Shown here: piece by piece, positions 1 through 12,333 of the stretch
How the letters are laid out: the number at the start of each line of letters is the position of its first letter
Numbering within the stretch: position 1 is the first letter of the stretch
Source of the DNA: Octopus bimaculoides
Taxonomy: Eukaryota
NCBI RefSeq assembly: GCF_001194135.2
Contig: NC_068982.1
Coordinates: 84,435,860-84,480,114 of the forward strand
DNA length: 44,255 bases
Direction: 5' to 3'
Made by a program: the position numbers and the translations under genes
Notes under the pieces: model-generated
Told to the model about the DNA's origin: nothing
The model's database searches: none
What the model saw: the letters and a program-made list of their open reading frames with translations, nothing else

Positions 1-119
1 GGGTGTGGTGGGATGAGCTTATGAGGGGGTGTTGACGAGGAGGGAGAAGGGGAAGGTGGATGTAAGAGAGGGGGAAGATGGGTATGGGAGGGGAGAGGAA
101 GAGAGGAGAGAGGGTGGGT

Positions 120-2610
120 ATCATCATCATCATCGTCGTTTAATGTCCGCCTTCCATGCTAGCATGGGTTGGACGATTTGACTGAGGACTGGCGAACCAG
201 ATGGCTGCACAGGAACCAGTCAAGCGGCACTGGCAACGGTCTCGCTCTAATGCCTTTACATGTGCCAGTAAGATGACGCTGGTGATGATCACGCTCAAAT
301 GGTGCTATTTACGTGCTACTGGTACAGAAGCTAGACAGCTGCTCTGGCAACGATCACGCTCGGACGGTGCGTCTACCTCTTCCACTGGTGCAGGTGCCAT
401 TACGATTTCACTTTCACTTGCCCCAACAGGTCTTCACAAGCAGAGTTTAGTGTCCAATGAAGGAGAGGTTAGCATGGGTGCCAGTCATCGAATTTGGTTT
501 GATTTCGATTTCACTTGCCTCAACAGGTCTTCTCAAGCGGAGTTTAGTGTCCAATGAAGGAAAGGTACGCATAAGTGGGCTGGTTAAACCCCTGGCATAG
601 GTCACAGGTTATGGTCTCACTTGGCCTGCCGGGTCTTTTCACGCACAGCATATTTTCAAAGGTCATGGTCACAAGTCATTGCCTTGGTGTGGCCTAATGT
701 TCGGAGGTCATGCTTCACCACCTCATCCCAGGTCTTCCTAGGCCTGCCTCTTCCACGGTTTCCCTCAGTCGCTAGGGTGTGGCACTTTTTCACACAGCTA
801 TCCTCATCCATTCTCACGTGTCCATACCAGTGCAATCGTCTTTCTTGCACACCACAACTGATGCTTCTTATGTTCAACTTTTCTCTCAAGATACTTACGC
901 TCTGTCGAGTATGCACACTGACATTACACATCCATCGGAGCATACTGGCTTCATTCCTTGCGAGCTTATGCATATCCTCAACAGTCACGGCCCATGTTTC
1001 ACTACCATGTAGCATGGCTGTTTGTACACATGCGTCATACAGTCTGCCTTTTACTCTGAGTGAGAGGCCCTTTGTCACCAGCAGAGGTAAGAGTTCTCTG
1101 AACTTTGCCCAGGTTATTCTTATTCTAGCNNNNNNNNNNNNNNNNNNNNNNNNNNNNNNNNNNNNNNNNNNNNNNNNNNNNNNNNNNNNNNNNNNNNNNN
1201 NNNNNNNNNNNNNNNNNNNNNNNNNNNNNNNNNNNNNNNNNNNNNNNNNNNNNNNNNNNNNNNNNNNNNNNNNNNNNNNNNNNNNNNNNNNNNNNNNNNN
1301 NNNNNNNNNNNNNNNNNNNNNNNNNNNNNNNNNNNNNNNNNNNNNNNNNNNNNNNNNNNNNNNNNNNNNNNNNNNNNNNNNNNNNNNNNNNNNNNNNNNN
1401 NNNNNNNNNNNNNNNNNNNNNNNNNNNNNNNNNNNNNNNNNNNNNNNNNNNNNNNNNNNNNNNNNNNNNNNNNNNNNNNNNNNNNNNNNNNNNNNNNNNN
1501 NNNNNNNNNNNNNNNNNNNNNNNNNNNNNNNNNNNNNNNNNNNNNNNNNNNNNNNNNNNNNNNNNNNNNNNNNNNNNNNNNNNNNNNNNNNNNNNNNNNN
1601 NNNNNNNNNNNNNNNNNNNNNNNNNNNNNNNNNNNNNNNNNNNNNNNNNNNNNNNNNNNNNNNNNNNNNNNNNNNNNNNNNNNNNNNNNNNNNNNNNNNN
1701 NNNNNNNNNNNNNNNNNNNNNNNNNNNNNNNNNNNNNNNNNNNNNNNNNNNNNNNNNNNNNNNNNNNNNNNNNNNNNNNNNNNNNNNNNNNNNNNNNNNN
1801 NNNNNNNNNNNNNNNNNNNNNNNNNNNNNNNNNNNNNNNNNNNNNNNNNNNNNNNNNNNNNNNNNNNNNNNNNNNNNNNNNNNNNNNNNNNNNNNNNNNN
1901 NNNNNNNNNNNNNNNNNNNNNNNNNNNNNNNNNNNNNNNNNNNNNNNNNNNNNNNNNNNNNNNNNNNNNNNNNNNNNNNNNNNNNNNNNNNNNNNNNNNN
2001 NNNNNNNNNNNNNNNNNNNNNNNNNNNNNNNNNNNNNNNNNNNNNNNNNNNNNNNNNNNNNNNNNNNNGACCCTCTCTGTGACTTTCATTACCTGATCAT
2101 ACAACTTGATACCTCTGTAATTATTTGTACATAAAGTGTCACCTTTACCTTTACCTTTACCTTTGTAGCAGTTGACTATGGTGCTGCTACACCAGTCATT
2201 GGGTATGACTCCTTCGTGTATCACCTGGTTAACAATACAGGTGACTAGGCTATAGCCGACACTACCTGATATTTTGAGCATCTCTGCAGAGATTCCTGAT
2301 GGGCTGGGGGCTTTCCCTGTCTTCATACTCTTAATTGCTTTATCTACCATGGTGCTGTCAATTTGGATAGCTGGTCGCTCTGTTGGGACGACATTCAGCA
2401 GACTCTCTTTCTCCCATTCATTCTCTTTATTGAGCAATCTTTCATAGTGGCATCTCCAAACCCCTCTCTTTGCAGCCTCGTTTAGTGCAGGTGTACCATC
2501 ATCCATGCGAACACATTTCTCTCCCATGATACTCTCTCACACACTGTCTTGCAACACAAAAAACTTCAAGTCTTTGGTCCTCACGGCGCAGAACATTGGC
2601 AAATTTTCCA
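120..2610 (-). mobile_element. RTE-clade LINE, 5'-truncated, fairly young; gap at 1130-2068
   Basis: The minus ORF 656-2527 has RT N-terminal motifs (KAPSPSGISAEM, NYRGIKL) and the C-terminus (LHGSETWA, RRLHWYGHV, RGRPRKTW). A 3' UTR follows, ending in a (GAT)n tail at about 120-135. Confidence 0.92.
1130..2068. other. Assembly gap (others: 12112-12121, 17721-17772, 27837-28522, 37843-38135, 38751-39503, 40274-40794)
   Basis: N runs; the long X-containing ORFs in the track are artefacts of these gaps. Confidence 0.99.
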
Positions 2611-3020
2611 TGTTTTTGTTAAATTTTCTGGTTATGATTTTTTTAAAAGTCCTTGATATATATACATATATATATATACCATCTTTTACTTGTTTCACTC
2701 TTTGGACAGTGGTCATGTTGGGGCACCATCACAAAGGCTTTAGTCTATATTCTTTCTATGTTTTATCTATATATGTATATAGTTGCTGTTTTATTATTTA
2801 CATATGTATATATTGAGTATATTTTTTTGTTTTTCAAATGGTTTTATATACAAACACCATTCTTATCTATGTTTAAGAACTCACAGCATTTGTAAATTTG
2901 ACTTTATAAGTACATTTATCTTAGCAATCATGCCTAATTTCATATTCTTTGTTTTATTCTTTATCTTTACTCTTGCCACCCTGGCACTTCACTATCTTGT
3001 ATTGATAACTTTCATCCCCC

Positions 3021-4847
3021 GGTGTTAGGACAATTTATTCCTGGTTATTTCATCATCGGTTAATTTGTTGTTGATCAATTCATCCCCAGGTCAATTCATC
3101 ACTGGCCAATTCATCCCAAAATACTCTCAAATGTGATTTTCGAGTTTAGAACAATCATTTTAGAATTAAAATTGTCAGACAGTTTTAGATATTTTTTACT
3201 TTCTTTAACCCACCACCTCTTTCTCTCTTAAGTATCCGTGCTGAACAGTTTGTGAACAAAGATTTTCAAGCAAATCGAATTAAATTCATTCAATACGCCT
3301 GCCCATCAACATGACTACCTGCAAGATCATAACTTTAGAGAAGAGAAAGGAAAAATTAAAGGGGTCGATCAAGAAAATTATATATTCACAAAAAATAAGC
3401 AGAATGCAGATGGATTGAAGATATACTGGAGGTGCAAAAATCAAGTGTGCAAGGTGAGACTTCATACAGATGAAAGAGCTTAAGAAGATTGGGAACCATA
3501 ATCATGCTTCAACTGCTGCAGAGGTAAATGCAAGGATAACAGTTTCAAATATCAAAGGAAAGTCTATTTCATCTTGCAATGTCCCTTGCTCAATTATCAC
3601 TAGTGAAGACCAGAATTTAAATGACTATACATTGTCACAAATACCTCCGTTTGTACAGCTTAATAGGAATATTAGATGTTGGAGGTAGGCTGATTCCAAC
3701 TATCCTGCCACCCCTCTTACAAATGTTGGGTTTTCCATTCCAAGTGAATATTCCTACCTTGACAATGATGCAACATTTTTACAATATGACAACAGGATGA
3801 AAGATTCAAAACGAATACTAATATTTGCCATTGACGAAGTACTTCAACAGTTAAAACAGTACAAGAACTGGGCAGCAGATGGAACATTTAAGTGCTGCTC
3901 TAGTATATTTTTTCAGTTATATATATTTCACATTCAAATTGATAGTTTTAATGTCCCATGATTGTTTGCATTGCTCTCTGACAAAAGTCAAGACACATAT
4001 AGTAGACGTTTTGCCAAAATAAATGAATTACTGCAGAATGAGGGACCTGATAATATAATTATGGATTTCGAAAAAGCAGCCCATAACGGATATCTGGAAT
4101 CATTTCCTGGGTCAAATTTGGCATGTTGCTTGTTTCATTTAGGACAAAATGTGTACAAGCATGTTTTTGCAAGAAGGACTAAAATGCAGATATCATGACA
4201 ATGACAGTTTTAGTCTCAAAATTTGGTGTTTTGTTGCCCTTGCCTTCCTGCCATATGATGTTGTAGATGGATATGAACAACTTGTAGATGATAATACTCC
4301 ACAGTCAATTGTATCCTATTTTGAAAATAATTATGTAGGATCATCGAGAGGAAGAGGACAGAGGAGCCGACACTTTGAACCTACATTTTCATTACCTATA
4401 TGTATGATGGAGGTTGCTCGTACTACAAATAGTTCAGAAGCCTACTACAGCATGCTGAAAAACACAGTGAATATTAGTCATCCAAATATTTGGAAACTTA
4501 TTGATGTGATTAAATGTGAGGAAAGGTTTGCTAGTATCAAATTGCACAAGTTTATGTAAGAAGAACTAAGCTAAAAGAAAAAATACAGAGATATGAACCT
4601 ACATATAAAAAATGCCATGAAAAAATATGAACCAAACCAAAAAATTATTTTTCTAAAAGTGATTGTACACAATCTTAAAATTTAAGAAAAAATAAATATG
4701 TAATACAGCAAACATTAAAATAACATATTTTAATTCAGATATTTGTTCTTCCATTTTTCTTACGATCTCGACGAATTGACCTGGGGACAAAGTGACCAAC
4801 AACGAATTGACTGGGGACAAATTGCCGTGACAAATTAACCTGACACC
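3021..4847 (+). mobile_element. Mutator/MULE DNA transposon (Phantom-like), decayed
   Basis: FLYWCH-like IYWRCKNQVCKVR...HNH (~3440-3510); MULE core WAADGTF (~3870), IIMDFEKAA and CCLFHLGQ. Imperfect TIRs built from ~15-bp GGNCAATTYRTCCCC repeats lie at 3021-3118 and 4770-4847. Confidence 0.85.
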
Positions 4848-4866
4848 CTCTCCCCTAATACCTACA

Positions 4867-6101
4867 CAGGGTGTGCTGTAAAGAAATCCCAATTATTTAA
4901 ATAAGTTTATTTTATTAAATTTAGTTTAAAATTGCACAAAAATAATTGAAATGCACTGCTCAACATTCAATTGTTCATGTACACTCCACTGTTTCTTTAC
5001 ATGATGAGCAAAATGTTTCAATATGACTGATAAAGGCAAAGTGAGATTGTAGCTCAGAAAAAAAGTAGGATGTAGCATCAAAGACATGGCTTCAAGGGTT
5101 AGTGTTCATCCCAAAACTGTCTATAATATCATGAAACATTACAGTGAGACAGCTTCAATCAACAGCAAGCTAATTCTTGGTCAAAAATGATTCGTAAGGA
5201 TGAAACGAGTGGTGGATGTTGTTCGAAGGAAAGTGTCACAAAATTCACGGCAGAGCAAGGGGCAAATGGCTAAAAGTCTTGATACCTCCCAAACAACCAT
5301 GACTTAAGTTGTAAGTCATTAAAATTGCAATGTTGACACCTAATTTCAGCCATTTACAAAGCAAAACAATTGGACAGGTGCAAGAAAATGACAGATCCAG
5401 AGCACTGCTAATGTCCTCATCTGGTTGGACAAAAAGATATTCATTGTAGAGGGTGTAGCAAACACTCAGAATGACAGGATTTTGGTCATGAGGTCAGATA
5501 CTGTTCCCAAAGGTGCCCATAAGGTGTTTCACCAAATGAAACCCATCGGAGAGATGGTTTGGGCAGCAGTGTCATCTGATGGTGGAAAATCACCACTGGA
5601 ATTCATTTGGCAATTCACATGAAAATGTGGTAGGATAATATTTTGCCACGGGTGACCAGAGCATTTGGATATAAGTACGTGTACATGCAAGATGGCGCTC
5701 CTTCTCATATGTTCAATGTGACACAGCAGTGGTGCAGGAGTCATTTCAGTGGGTTCTGGGACAAGAATGTGTGGCCCCCCACCCCCACCTCTGACTTCAA
5801 CCTTGTAGGGGGCTTCACTATTTGGTCTATTCTAGTGATGTTTCAAGAGTTTCCTACAAAAATATCACCACTCTGCATCATGGGATTGTTTAAGTGAAGA
5901 ATCTGTCTGGCATTTGCGTGACCCTGTTCTTGGCCATCTTTGGGTCATTGTGAAGGCTAAAAGCTGACATATTGAATGAAACATATCTTAATATGTTACA
6001 TGACCACATTTAATTAAATCCAAAAGTACTCATGTCTTTTTATGCCCATTTCTAAAAATTATGACTAAAAATCAATTAGGAATTCTTTACAGTGCACACT
6101 G
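4867..6101 (+). mobile_element. Tc1/mariner, DD37D (maT)-type, decayed but with both TIRs
   Basis: 28-bp TIRs CAGGGTGTGCTGTAAAGAAATCCCAATT and CAGTGTGCACTGTAAAGAATTCCTAATT (23/28), with TA on the right flank. Peptides DKKIFIVE..NTQNDR and MQDGAPSH...WPP, with WP spacing as in DD37D elements. Confidence 0.85.
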
Positions 6102-6516
6102 TATTTTTTCTTTTAAGTAACTGATCTCTTTAAAACACACCCCTTTCTTCTCAAATGTAACTTGCTTGCTGATAATGAATTTCATTGGTCACTTTAACTA
6201 AGTTTTGTTTCTGCACTCTGCTGTGGCTGAAGTTAGTAAATTCGTCACTTTTCTCCTTGTAACAATGAACTTGTAAACTACAGGTAAAGGTACCTGAAGA
6301 AAAGTCAAGCTGAATATATTCTACTTCTTTAAATTACGTAACGTAGGTTTAAATTTTCTTGAAAAGATATGTAGTATGGATTTAGATTCTTCATTCTCTA
6401 CACCTATCAATTTATAATCAAATAATTAGCAATTACCATTGCTAAAATGGGAGTTGTACTGTTGCAGTCATCAAAATCTCCATCAAATTTGATATGGCCT
6501 GAAGTGTATAACATAT

Positions 6517-7582
6517 ACTACAGCTGGAAGCCCTTCCGAACGCCAACCACTCCGAGAGTGTAGTGGGTGCTTTTTATGTGTCAGCGGCACGAGGGCCAGT
6601 CAGGTGGTACTGGCATCGACCACACTTGAATAGTACTTTTTACCTGCCACCGGCACGGGAGCCAGTCAGGCAGCACTGGCAACGACCATGCTCAACTGGT
6701 GCTTTTTATGAGCCACTGGCATGGGAGCCAATTAAGCAGCACTGACAATGACCATACTCGAATGGTGCTTTTTATGTGCCACTGGCATAGTACCAGTCAG
6801 ACAGCACTAGCATCAATCATGCTCAAATGGTGCTTTTTACGTGTCATCGGTATGGGTACCAGTCAGGTGGTACTGGCATCAGCCATGACAATGACTTCAT
6901 TTGACTCAACAGGTCTTCGCAAGCACAGTTTATTACCCAATGTTTGAAGGGTACTCTTAAATGAGCTGGTTGTGCTGCACTGACATAGGCCACGGTTACA
7001 GTCTCACTTGGCTTGCTGGGTCTTTTCAAGCACAGAATATCTCCAAAGGTTTCGGTCACTCATCATCACCTCCACGAGGCCCAACATTTGATGGTTGTGC
7101 TTCAACACCTCATCCCAGGTCTTCCTGGGTCTACCTCTTGCACTGCTAGGATATGACACTTTTTTTACACAGCTGTCCTCATCCATATGCAACACATGAC
7201 CATACCAGCACAACCGTCTCTCTTGCACACCACAACTGATGCTTCTTTTGTCCAACTTTTCTCTCAAGATGCTTACACTCTGTTATGTATGCACACTGAC
7301 ATTACACATCCAGCAGAACGTACTAGCTTCATTTCTTGCAAGCTTACACATGTCCTCAGTAGTCATGGCCCATGTTTCACTGCCATGTAGCATGGCTGTT
7401 CGCACACATGCATCATACAATATACTTTTTACTCTGAGCAAGAGGCCCTTTGTCACCAGCAGAGGCAGGAGCTCTCTGAACTTTGCCCAGGCTATTCTTA
7501 TTCTAGTAGCTATACTCTCAGAGCATTCACCCTCACTACTGACTTGGTCGCCTAGGTAACGGAAGCTGTCAACTACTTCTAG
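6517..7582 (-). mobile_element. RTE LINE 3' fragment lacking the terminal tail
   Basis: Minus peptides RRLCWYGHV and RGRPRKTWDEV; colinear with copies at 121-1129 and 9403-10600. Confidence 0.85.
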
Positions 7583-7829
7583 TTGTATGGGCCAGATGGA
7601 ACTAAGACAGATTTTCTACCCTTTGTACCACCAACTCACACCTGTTTTTATAGGAAAATGGAAATAAAGGACACAATTTTATGATGGAAACACAAACAAG
7701 TACAAGGAGACACTTCCACATACACTCACAAGAAACTTATTTCAGTTTCTACCTGCCAAATCAACTCACAAGGCTTTAGTCAAGCCAGGACTTCAACAGC
7801 AGAAACTTGCATGGAATCTGTGTGTGTAT

Positions 7830-8687
7830 ATATAAATATGCATAAATGAACACTTTACTCAATCTTTTCCTTATTTCATCCCCACTCCACACATCATACC
7901 TTTCACTGAAGCTTTCCCTTGATACCACTTATTTTTTTGCTACTTGGAAGCATTTCACTTGTTAGCCATTCTTCATCCATTAATATAATACTTAACACTA
8001 ACCATTGCATTGATAATCCCTGCTCCATTGAAGCACCAAATTACCTCTCCTTAAGAAATAGGCCCACCTTTCCTGCAGCCAACCCAATCACATCATCTCT
8101 TTCATCCTTGCACTATTAACCATGTTGTCATTACTGTTCTCTTCCTACTCTCTTCTCATGCATCATCACTACTTATCCACCTCACCCTACATCTACCTTC
8201 AACCCTACTTAATCATTATAGTTGTTGCCTGCCTCCCTTTTTCTATTCCCCCCCATCTCTTGCTCCCTCATACCCTCTTGCAAATCTTCACTCACTTGTC
8301 CTCACTCGTTTCTACTTACCTCCTACCTTGATGGGCTACCAGGTCACCTTATTAATATTACTTATCTCTTTGCAGCTCCATTTGATCATTTTCATTCGCT
8401 CCTCTAAATGTGAGTCCATATAGCTCCCCTACACAAGAACTTGTTCTGTCCCCTCATCTTATACTTTAAACTCTCATCTCCTATGATAAAACATAGTCTG
8501 GCAAGAAACATGGTGATCTCACTAGTGCTGGTGGCAAAAAAAAAAAAAGCACTTAGTACACTCTATAAAGTGCAGAAACTTACCAAAGTAGGCACCAGAG
8601 AATGATGCAATCCTTGGACCCATCAGATCCTGTTAAATTATCCAATCTGTGCTAACATGGAACATGGATGTTAAATGATGATGATGA
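7830..8687 (+). mobile_element. Old RTE-family 3' UTR (pyrimidine-rich) with (GAT)n tail
   Basis: Ends catggaacatggatgttaaatgatgatgatg; same layout as 26380-27385 and 30800-31552. Confidence 0.6.
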
Positions 8688-8696
8688 ATATATACA

Positions 8697-9052
8697 TTTA
8701 TCTTTTATCTTTTACTTGTTTCAATCATTAGAATGTGGCCATGCTGGGGCACTGTCTTGATGAATTTTAATCAAATGAATCAACCCCAGTAATTTTTTAA
8801 GCCTGGTACTTATTCTGTAGGTCCCTTTTGTCGAACTGCTAAATTATAGGGGCATAAACAAATCAACATTGGTTGTCAACTGATGGTGGGGAGAAACACA
8901 GATTCAAACACATACACGACAGTTCCTGTTTACTAAATCCACTCACAAGGCTTTGGTCGAATACGCTTACCCAAGGTACTACACAGTGGGACTGAGCCTG
9001 AAACCATGTAGTTGGGAAGCAAACATCTTACCACACAGCCACACAGGCACCT
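8697..9052 (-). mobile_element. tRNA-derived SINE
   Basis: Minus-strand head has A-box-like TGGCTGTGTGG and B-box-like GGCTCAGTCCC, with a (TAAAAGA)n tail; homologous to 16181-16530. Confidence 0.8.
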
Positions 9053-9120
9053 ATATACTTTGTTTTTGTATTTGGTTTGCAAGACTCTTCATGGGAATTC
9101 ATGAGGTGTGACAAACTTTG

Positions 9121-9304
9121 TTTGTTTGTCAAACTCCTTTTGCCACTATTTGCAATCTCATAAATGACATGCTCTCTCACTTCTAGGTCTGTCTAAGAAT
9201 TACCCACAGGTATAAGACTAATTCTCAGACAGACTCAAGACAGACAATGAAGAGAGAGGGCATGTCATTGGTGAGGTTGCGTATGAAGTCTTTGACAAAC
9301 GAAC
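9121..9304. repeat. Palindromic MITE-like foldback
   Basis: Arm 9121-9202 is an imperfect reverse complement of 9219-9304, around a 16-nt loop. Confidence 0.75.
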
Positions 9305-9402
9305 AACTGATCAATTCTTTAACCAGTATATTAAACAAAGAAGTGATATTGAACAAGTGTAATAACCCTCCAAAACACAACTATATATATATATATATAT
9401 AT

Positions 9403-11881
9403 ATCATCATAATCATTGTTTAACATCCACTTTCCATGCTAGCATGGGCTGAACGATTTAACTAAGGACTGGCGAATCATATGGCTGTACCAGGCTCCAA
9501 TCTGATCCGGCAGAGTTTCTACAGCTGGATGCCCTTCATTAACACCAACCACTCCGAGAGTGTAGTGAGTGCTTTTATGTGCTACCGGCACGAGGGCCAG
9601 TCTGGCGGTACTGGCAACAGCCATGCTCAAATGGTGTTTTTACGTGCCACCTGCACACGAGTCAGTCGAGCGTTGCTGGCAATGACTTTGATAGAATGTT
9701 TTGTTCACATGCCACCGGCACAGAAGCAAGACTGCTGCTCTGGCAGTGATCCCACTCGGATGGTGCTGTCAGCGCTGCACTGGCACGGGTGCCAATCATC
9801 GAATTTGGTTCAGTTTCGATTTCATTTGCCCTAATAGGTCTTCGCAAGCAGAGTTTAGTGTCCAATGAAGGAAGGTTGGCATGGGTGCCAGTCGTCGAAT
9901 TTGGTTCGATTTCGATTTCAGTCACCTCAACAGGTCTTCGCAAGCAGGGTTTTGTGTCCAATGAAGGAAAGGTACGCATAAGTGGGCTGGCTACACCCCT
10001 GGTAAAGGCCATGGTTCTCACTTGTCTAGCCGGGTCTTCTCAAGCACTGCATATTTCCAAAGGTCTCGGTCACTAGTCATTGCCTCGGTGAGGCCTACCG
10101 TTTGAAGATCGTGCTTCACCACCTCATCCCAGGTCTTCCTGGGTCTACCTCTCCCACAAGTACCCTCAACCGCTAAGCTGTGGCACTTTTTTACACAGCT
10201 ATCCTCATCCATTCTCACCAAATGACCATACCAGCACAACCGTCTCTCTTGCACACCACAACTGATGCTTCCTAGGTTCAACTTTTCTCTCAAGGTACCT
10301 ACACTCTGTTGAGCATGCACACTGACATTACACATCCAGCGGAGTATACTGGCTTCATTCCTTGCGAGCTTACGCATGTCCTCAGCAGTCACGGCCCATG
10401 TTTCACTGCCATGTAGCATGGCTGTTCGTACACATGCGTCATACATCTGCCTTTTAATCTTGACGAGAGGCTCTTTGTCACCAGCAGAGGTAAGAGCTTT
10501 CTGAACTTTGCCCAGGCTATTCTTATTCAAGCAGCTACACTTTCAGCGCACCCTCCCCCGCTACTGACTTGGTCACCTAGGTAATGGAAGCTATCAACTA
10601 ATTCTAGTTTTTCTCCCTGGAATGTGGCAGAAGTTGTTCTCTGCACATTTTCAGTGTTTATTGCTCCTGAGCATCTGCCACATACAAAAACTATCTTCCT
10701 AGTTAGCCTTCCTTCGATATTGCTGCACCTCTTATGTGTCCATAGCTTACACTGGGTACATCTTATAGAGTTTCTACCTACACCTTTTCTACAGTTCGAG
10801 CAGGGCCATCTATCTGAAGGGGTTTGTGGTTTCTCTACTTTCCTACTTATTAGGACTTTGGTTTTAGCTAGGTTGACTCTAAGCCCTTCAATTCTAGTCC
10901 CTGCTTCCACAGCTGAAACTTCTCCTTTAGTTCTGATAGTGACTCAGCAATTAGAGCAAGGTCATCAGCATAGAGGAGCTCCCAGGGGCATCCTGTCTTG
11001 AATTCCTCTGTTATTGCCTGGAGGACTATGATAAATAGAAGGGGGCTGAGGACTGAACCTTGGTGGACCCCTACCTCTACTCGGAATTCTTCACTGTAGT
11101 CGTTGCCAACCCTCACCTTACTGACGGCATACTGTACATGGCTCGCACAGCTCTCACTAACCATTCATCTATTCCTAGTTTCCTCATTGACCACCAGATA
11201 AGGGATCGGGGGACCCTGTCAAAGGCTTTCTCCATATCAATGAAAGCCAGGTACAGAGGTTTATCCCTGGCCAGGTATTTCTCCTGCAGCTGTTTTACCA
11301 GAAATATAACATCAGTGATGCTTTTCCCTGGCACGAATCCAAACTGCATCTCATCTAAACTGACTCGCTCCCTAATTAGTTGGGCTATGACCCTCTTAGT
11401 GACCTTCATTACCTGATCTAACAACTTGATACCTTTGTAATTATTTGTGTCTAAAGTGTCACCTTTACCTTTGTAGCAGATGACTATGGTGCTGCTACAC
11501 CAGTCATTGGGTATGACTCCTTTGTGTATTACCTGGTTAACTATACAGGTGACTAGGCTATAGCCGACACTGCCAGATATTTTGAGCATCTCTGCAGTGA
11601 TTCCTGATGGGCTGGGGGCTTCCCGTGTCTTCATACTCTTGATTGCTTTATCTACCAAGGTACTGTCAATTAGGATAGCTGGTCCCTCTGTTGGGTCGAC
11701 ATTCAGCAGACTCTCTTTCTCCCATTCATTCTCTTTAAGCAACCTTTCATAGTGGCATCTCCAAACCCCTCTCTTTGTAGCCTCATTTAGTGCAAGTGAA
11801 CCATCATCCATGTGGACACATTTCTCTCCTACAACATCACGATTCTCTCTCACACACTGTCTTGCAACACAAAATACTTCA
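9403..11881 (-). mobile_element. RTE LINE, 5'-truncated, RT nearly complete but frameshifted
   Basis: MQFGFVPGKS, FIDMEKAFDRVPR, GVHQGSVLSPLLF, LLYADDLAL, NLAKTK, PHD-like insert, FHYLG, RGRPRKTW; the (GAT)n tail abuts (TA)n at 9382-9402. Confidence 0.95.
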
Positions 11882-12111
11882 GAAAGAAATGAGATTAAAA
11901 ATCCAAGTAAACAATTTATAAGCACTCTGTAGGGATCAAATTTAATTAAGTAAATTGTCCAGTAAAAGCCAATGTTATCCATGTATGCCATAAAATTACT
12001 TTCTGCTGCTACTTGTCCAATTTCTAAATCCAAAGTTCAAATACCAAATAAATTTAGTATAAATTCACAGAGTGAACAATTATACGTTCTTTAATCAGCT
12101 TATGCATGTTT
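11882..12111 (+). repeat. 230-bp segment duplicated at 12382-12611
   Basis: Near-identical sequence (aagaaatgagattaaaaatcc...tatgcatgttt); the first copy ends at a 10-N gap. Confidence 0.9.
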
Positions 12112-12121
12112 NNNNNNNNNN

Positions 12122-12333
12122 CAGTATCATGATCGTAAGATTGTGGTTTTGATTGCTTGACTGGGCGATGCGTTGTGTTCTTGAACAAAACACTTCATTT
12201 CACGTTGTTCCAGTCCACTCAGCTGGCAAAAATGAGTAACACTGTGATGGACTGGCGTCCCGTCCAGCTGGGGAGCACATGCGCTATTGAAACCAGGAAA
12301 CCATGAGCTTGGCTAGACTTTACAGGGCGCATT

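Noticed and set aside
390-575. Tandem ~60-97-bp repeats in RTE 3' UTRs (CRISPR-like at a glance)
   Set aside because: They are shared internal duplications of the LINE UTR without unique spacers, in eukaryotic DNA.
621-2096. Long ORFs containing X runs (also 27756-28680 and 37694-40897)
   Set aside because: They are open only because of N gaps or are antisense to RTE sequence.
2143-2164. KGKGKGKG expansion in RTE copy 1
   Set aside because: Simple slippage of a CCTTTA hexamer in a dead copy.
2560-2610. RTE copies 1 and 3 are 5'-truncated within about 50 bp of each other
   Set aside because: Only two cases, and other copies break elsewhere; not enough to claim a hotspot.
11113-12033. Novel N-terminus on the RT ORF (MDLEIGQ...)
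   Set aside because: It is flanking intron sequence accidentally in frame with a 5'-truncated RTE; the same peptide recurs in the duplicate at 12313-12534.
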